This document shows, one piece after another, positions 62,124 to 64,000 of a stretch of DNA of 64,000 bases. The position numbers and the translations under genes are program-made. The notes beneath the pieces were generated by a model. It was not told the DNA's origin, searched no databases, and saw nothing but the letters and a program-made list of their open reading frames with translations. The stretch comes from Tubulanus polymorphus (lineage: Eukaryota; Animalia; Nemertea). The stretch lies in the NCBI RefSeq assembly GCF_964204645.1, contig NC_134027.1:11626485-11690484 (forward strand). Reading direction: 5' to 3'. Every line of letters starts with the position of its first letter. The first letter of the stretch is position 1.

Positions 62124-63487
62124 TAAAGTACCTAGTAAGGAATATTGAACTAAGTTTTAGCACTACAAACTTTACGACTTTGTGTTGTAGTTCCTAAGGA
62201 TGGAACTGATTAACTGTTTTTCAATTCAAGCGGTGCCACAATCAGGACTATAAGTCTAAAGATCTATGGAATCAAAATTTTTTTCTTTAAAAACATAATT
62301 GCATTACATGCACTACTATCATCAAGACCCAAGATTGCTTATCTTAAATTGTGTAAATGATAAACAAGACTTAGAATAAAGCCATGTTTGCACCGAGCCC
62401 AAAACTCCTGGGACTTTTTTGTACCCTCATTATAGCGAGTACCGGTACATAACACAGGACACATTGGGTTCTCAGCGACTTTTTGGCTTCAGGGCTTTTG
62501 GTCTCGACACAGGACTATTGCAGTAGACATGTATGTTATTGCACACAAGCAAAGGTAGATGTGAAAACTTTCCAAACACGAACAGATCCTTTTGCATAAT
62601 AATTCCACACGCAAGATGAAGTCACATTCAGAAATGCATGCCGGATTGATCAAGATTGGCAACACTTACGTAAACAAGGATCCTATAATTCTATCAACAA
62701 CTACATTTTTTTTCTCATTGTTTGAGAAGAACTAGTCCCACCGCCGTGGATTATAATTTAGCACTGAATAGTACAAATCATTAACGACTCCATCCACGAT
62801 ATAAGTATGATAAATTCAACTCCACAACGTTATTTTTGTTAATTCTAAATGTACATCAATTTTAAATATTTTTAGTGATGATTGCCTGGCGCACGATAAC
62901 ACAATAATATTTTCAACACGAAAAAGTTAAAAAGAAGAATCAGATAAAATCGTGTTTAAGCGGCCAGGCGCTTGTGACCGAACCAGTCCACAGAAAATTA
63001 TAATCATCAACAAATACACAACATAATCAATAAAATTTGAAGCAGTGCTCATCAATAGTATCTGGATGCTACCGTGAAAGAAGGCTGTTTCCGAAGCCGC
63101 GATCACATGAAGACGATTTGACCCAGATCAGACCAGTGTCAAATTTGGCCCGTGCCTAATTAGACACGTAAACCACTCATTCGATACTAATCGATGCTTG
63201 AACAAGGTGAAGCGAGTTACTTCTGGAACCAGTTGCAATTCACACAGAATTATTCCGACATGAGCTAAAATTTGACTCGGGCCTGGTGCGACGTTTTAGG
63301 TTGGGCCAAATTTGGCTCGGACCAAACAGCCCCATTTGGCATCCGTGTGAACCTGTTTTTCCAGGCCAAAAACGCTTGTGCAATCGCGGCTCAATATCCC
63401 TCCGATATCTGATATGTACCGGTATACAGAAGGAGGCCAGTTGCCCAAATCAGCAATCGCCAGATCATGGATTCAATTTAACATCTA

Positions 63488-63663
63488 CAGTCAACCCCTG
63501 ATATACTGCCCCCCCCCATTTACCACCACCCCCTTACCTCCTGGTTTTCTCAATGTACATCTTAATACAAATACATACTAAATCACTTCGAATATACCGC
63601 CATACTCTCTATACCGCCAAAATCGTTCAGCACCGATGTGGGCGGTATACCGGGGGTTGACTG
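63488..63663. mobile_element. Tc1/mariner-type MITE
   Basis: TA|CAGTCAACCCCTGATATAC...GTATACCGGGGGTTGACTG|TA. Confidence 0.8.
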
Positions 63664-64000
63664 TAATTATCAATGTTCATTTTTGTTAATCTAATTCGTA
63701 TATAGTGGGCATCCTAACTCAATTCAATTGGGACTTGTGATTTTAGTTGGAGTTAAGAAGTGATAATTTTATTGATGGTTCTAGGATTATCTGTAGTATT
63801 CAGTGAATACTACCAGTAATGCCGACTGTGGATTTGCACGATTTCGAATCCTAAATATCTTTACAGCCAAAAAAGGGGGAAACTGTGTAAAAGCAGGAAA
63901 TTGTTGTTTAAAGTTACCATAAAGCGGGCCACACACTAGCGCCAAAGCTGCGCAACAACCACGCCACGTCAATTGACAAAAGCGCCAAAAACAACGACAA

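Overview
AT-rich, intron-rich animal (invertebrate, probably marine bilaterian) genomic DNA; not prokaryotic. I reconstructed four spliced genes by hand, all with phase-consistent GT-AG junctions. (1) An SFMBT (four MBT repeats plus SLED domain) gene on the - strand that runs off the left edge. (2) STIMATE/TMEM110 on +, head-to-head with SFMBT about 1 kb away. (3) POGLUT1/rumi on +, 10 exons over 30 kb. (4) A 4-exon GT14 core-2/I-branching beta-1,6-GlcNAc transferase nested antisense in POGLUT1 intron 3. Downstream is an ORF made of 16-aa (48-bp) A/E/G/P/S/T-rich repeats. Introns are crowded with mobile DNA: five TTAA piggyBac-type MITEs, Harbinger and Tc1/mariner MITEs, hAT-like remnants, an L2 fragment, a Helentron-type element and a young 5'-truncated RTE-X-like LINE. 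The most unusual signal is two small fold-back insertions, each with a minimal hammerhead-ribozyme motif on both strands and an asymmetric tail; one has a perfect 10-bp TSD. They resemble inverted Penelope-like element terminal repeats. All family calls come from motif recognition only; no searches were run.
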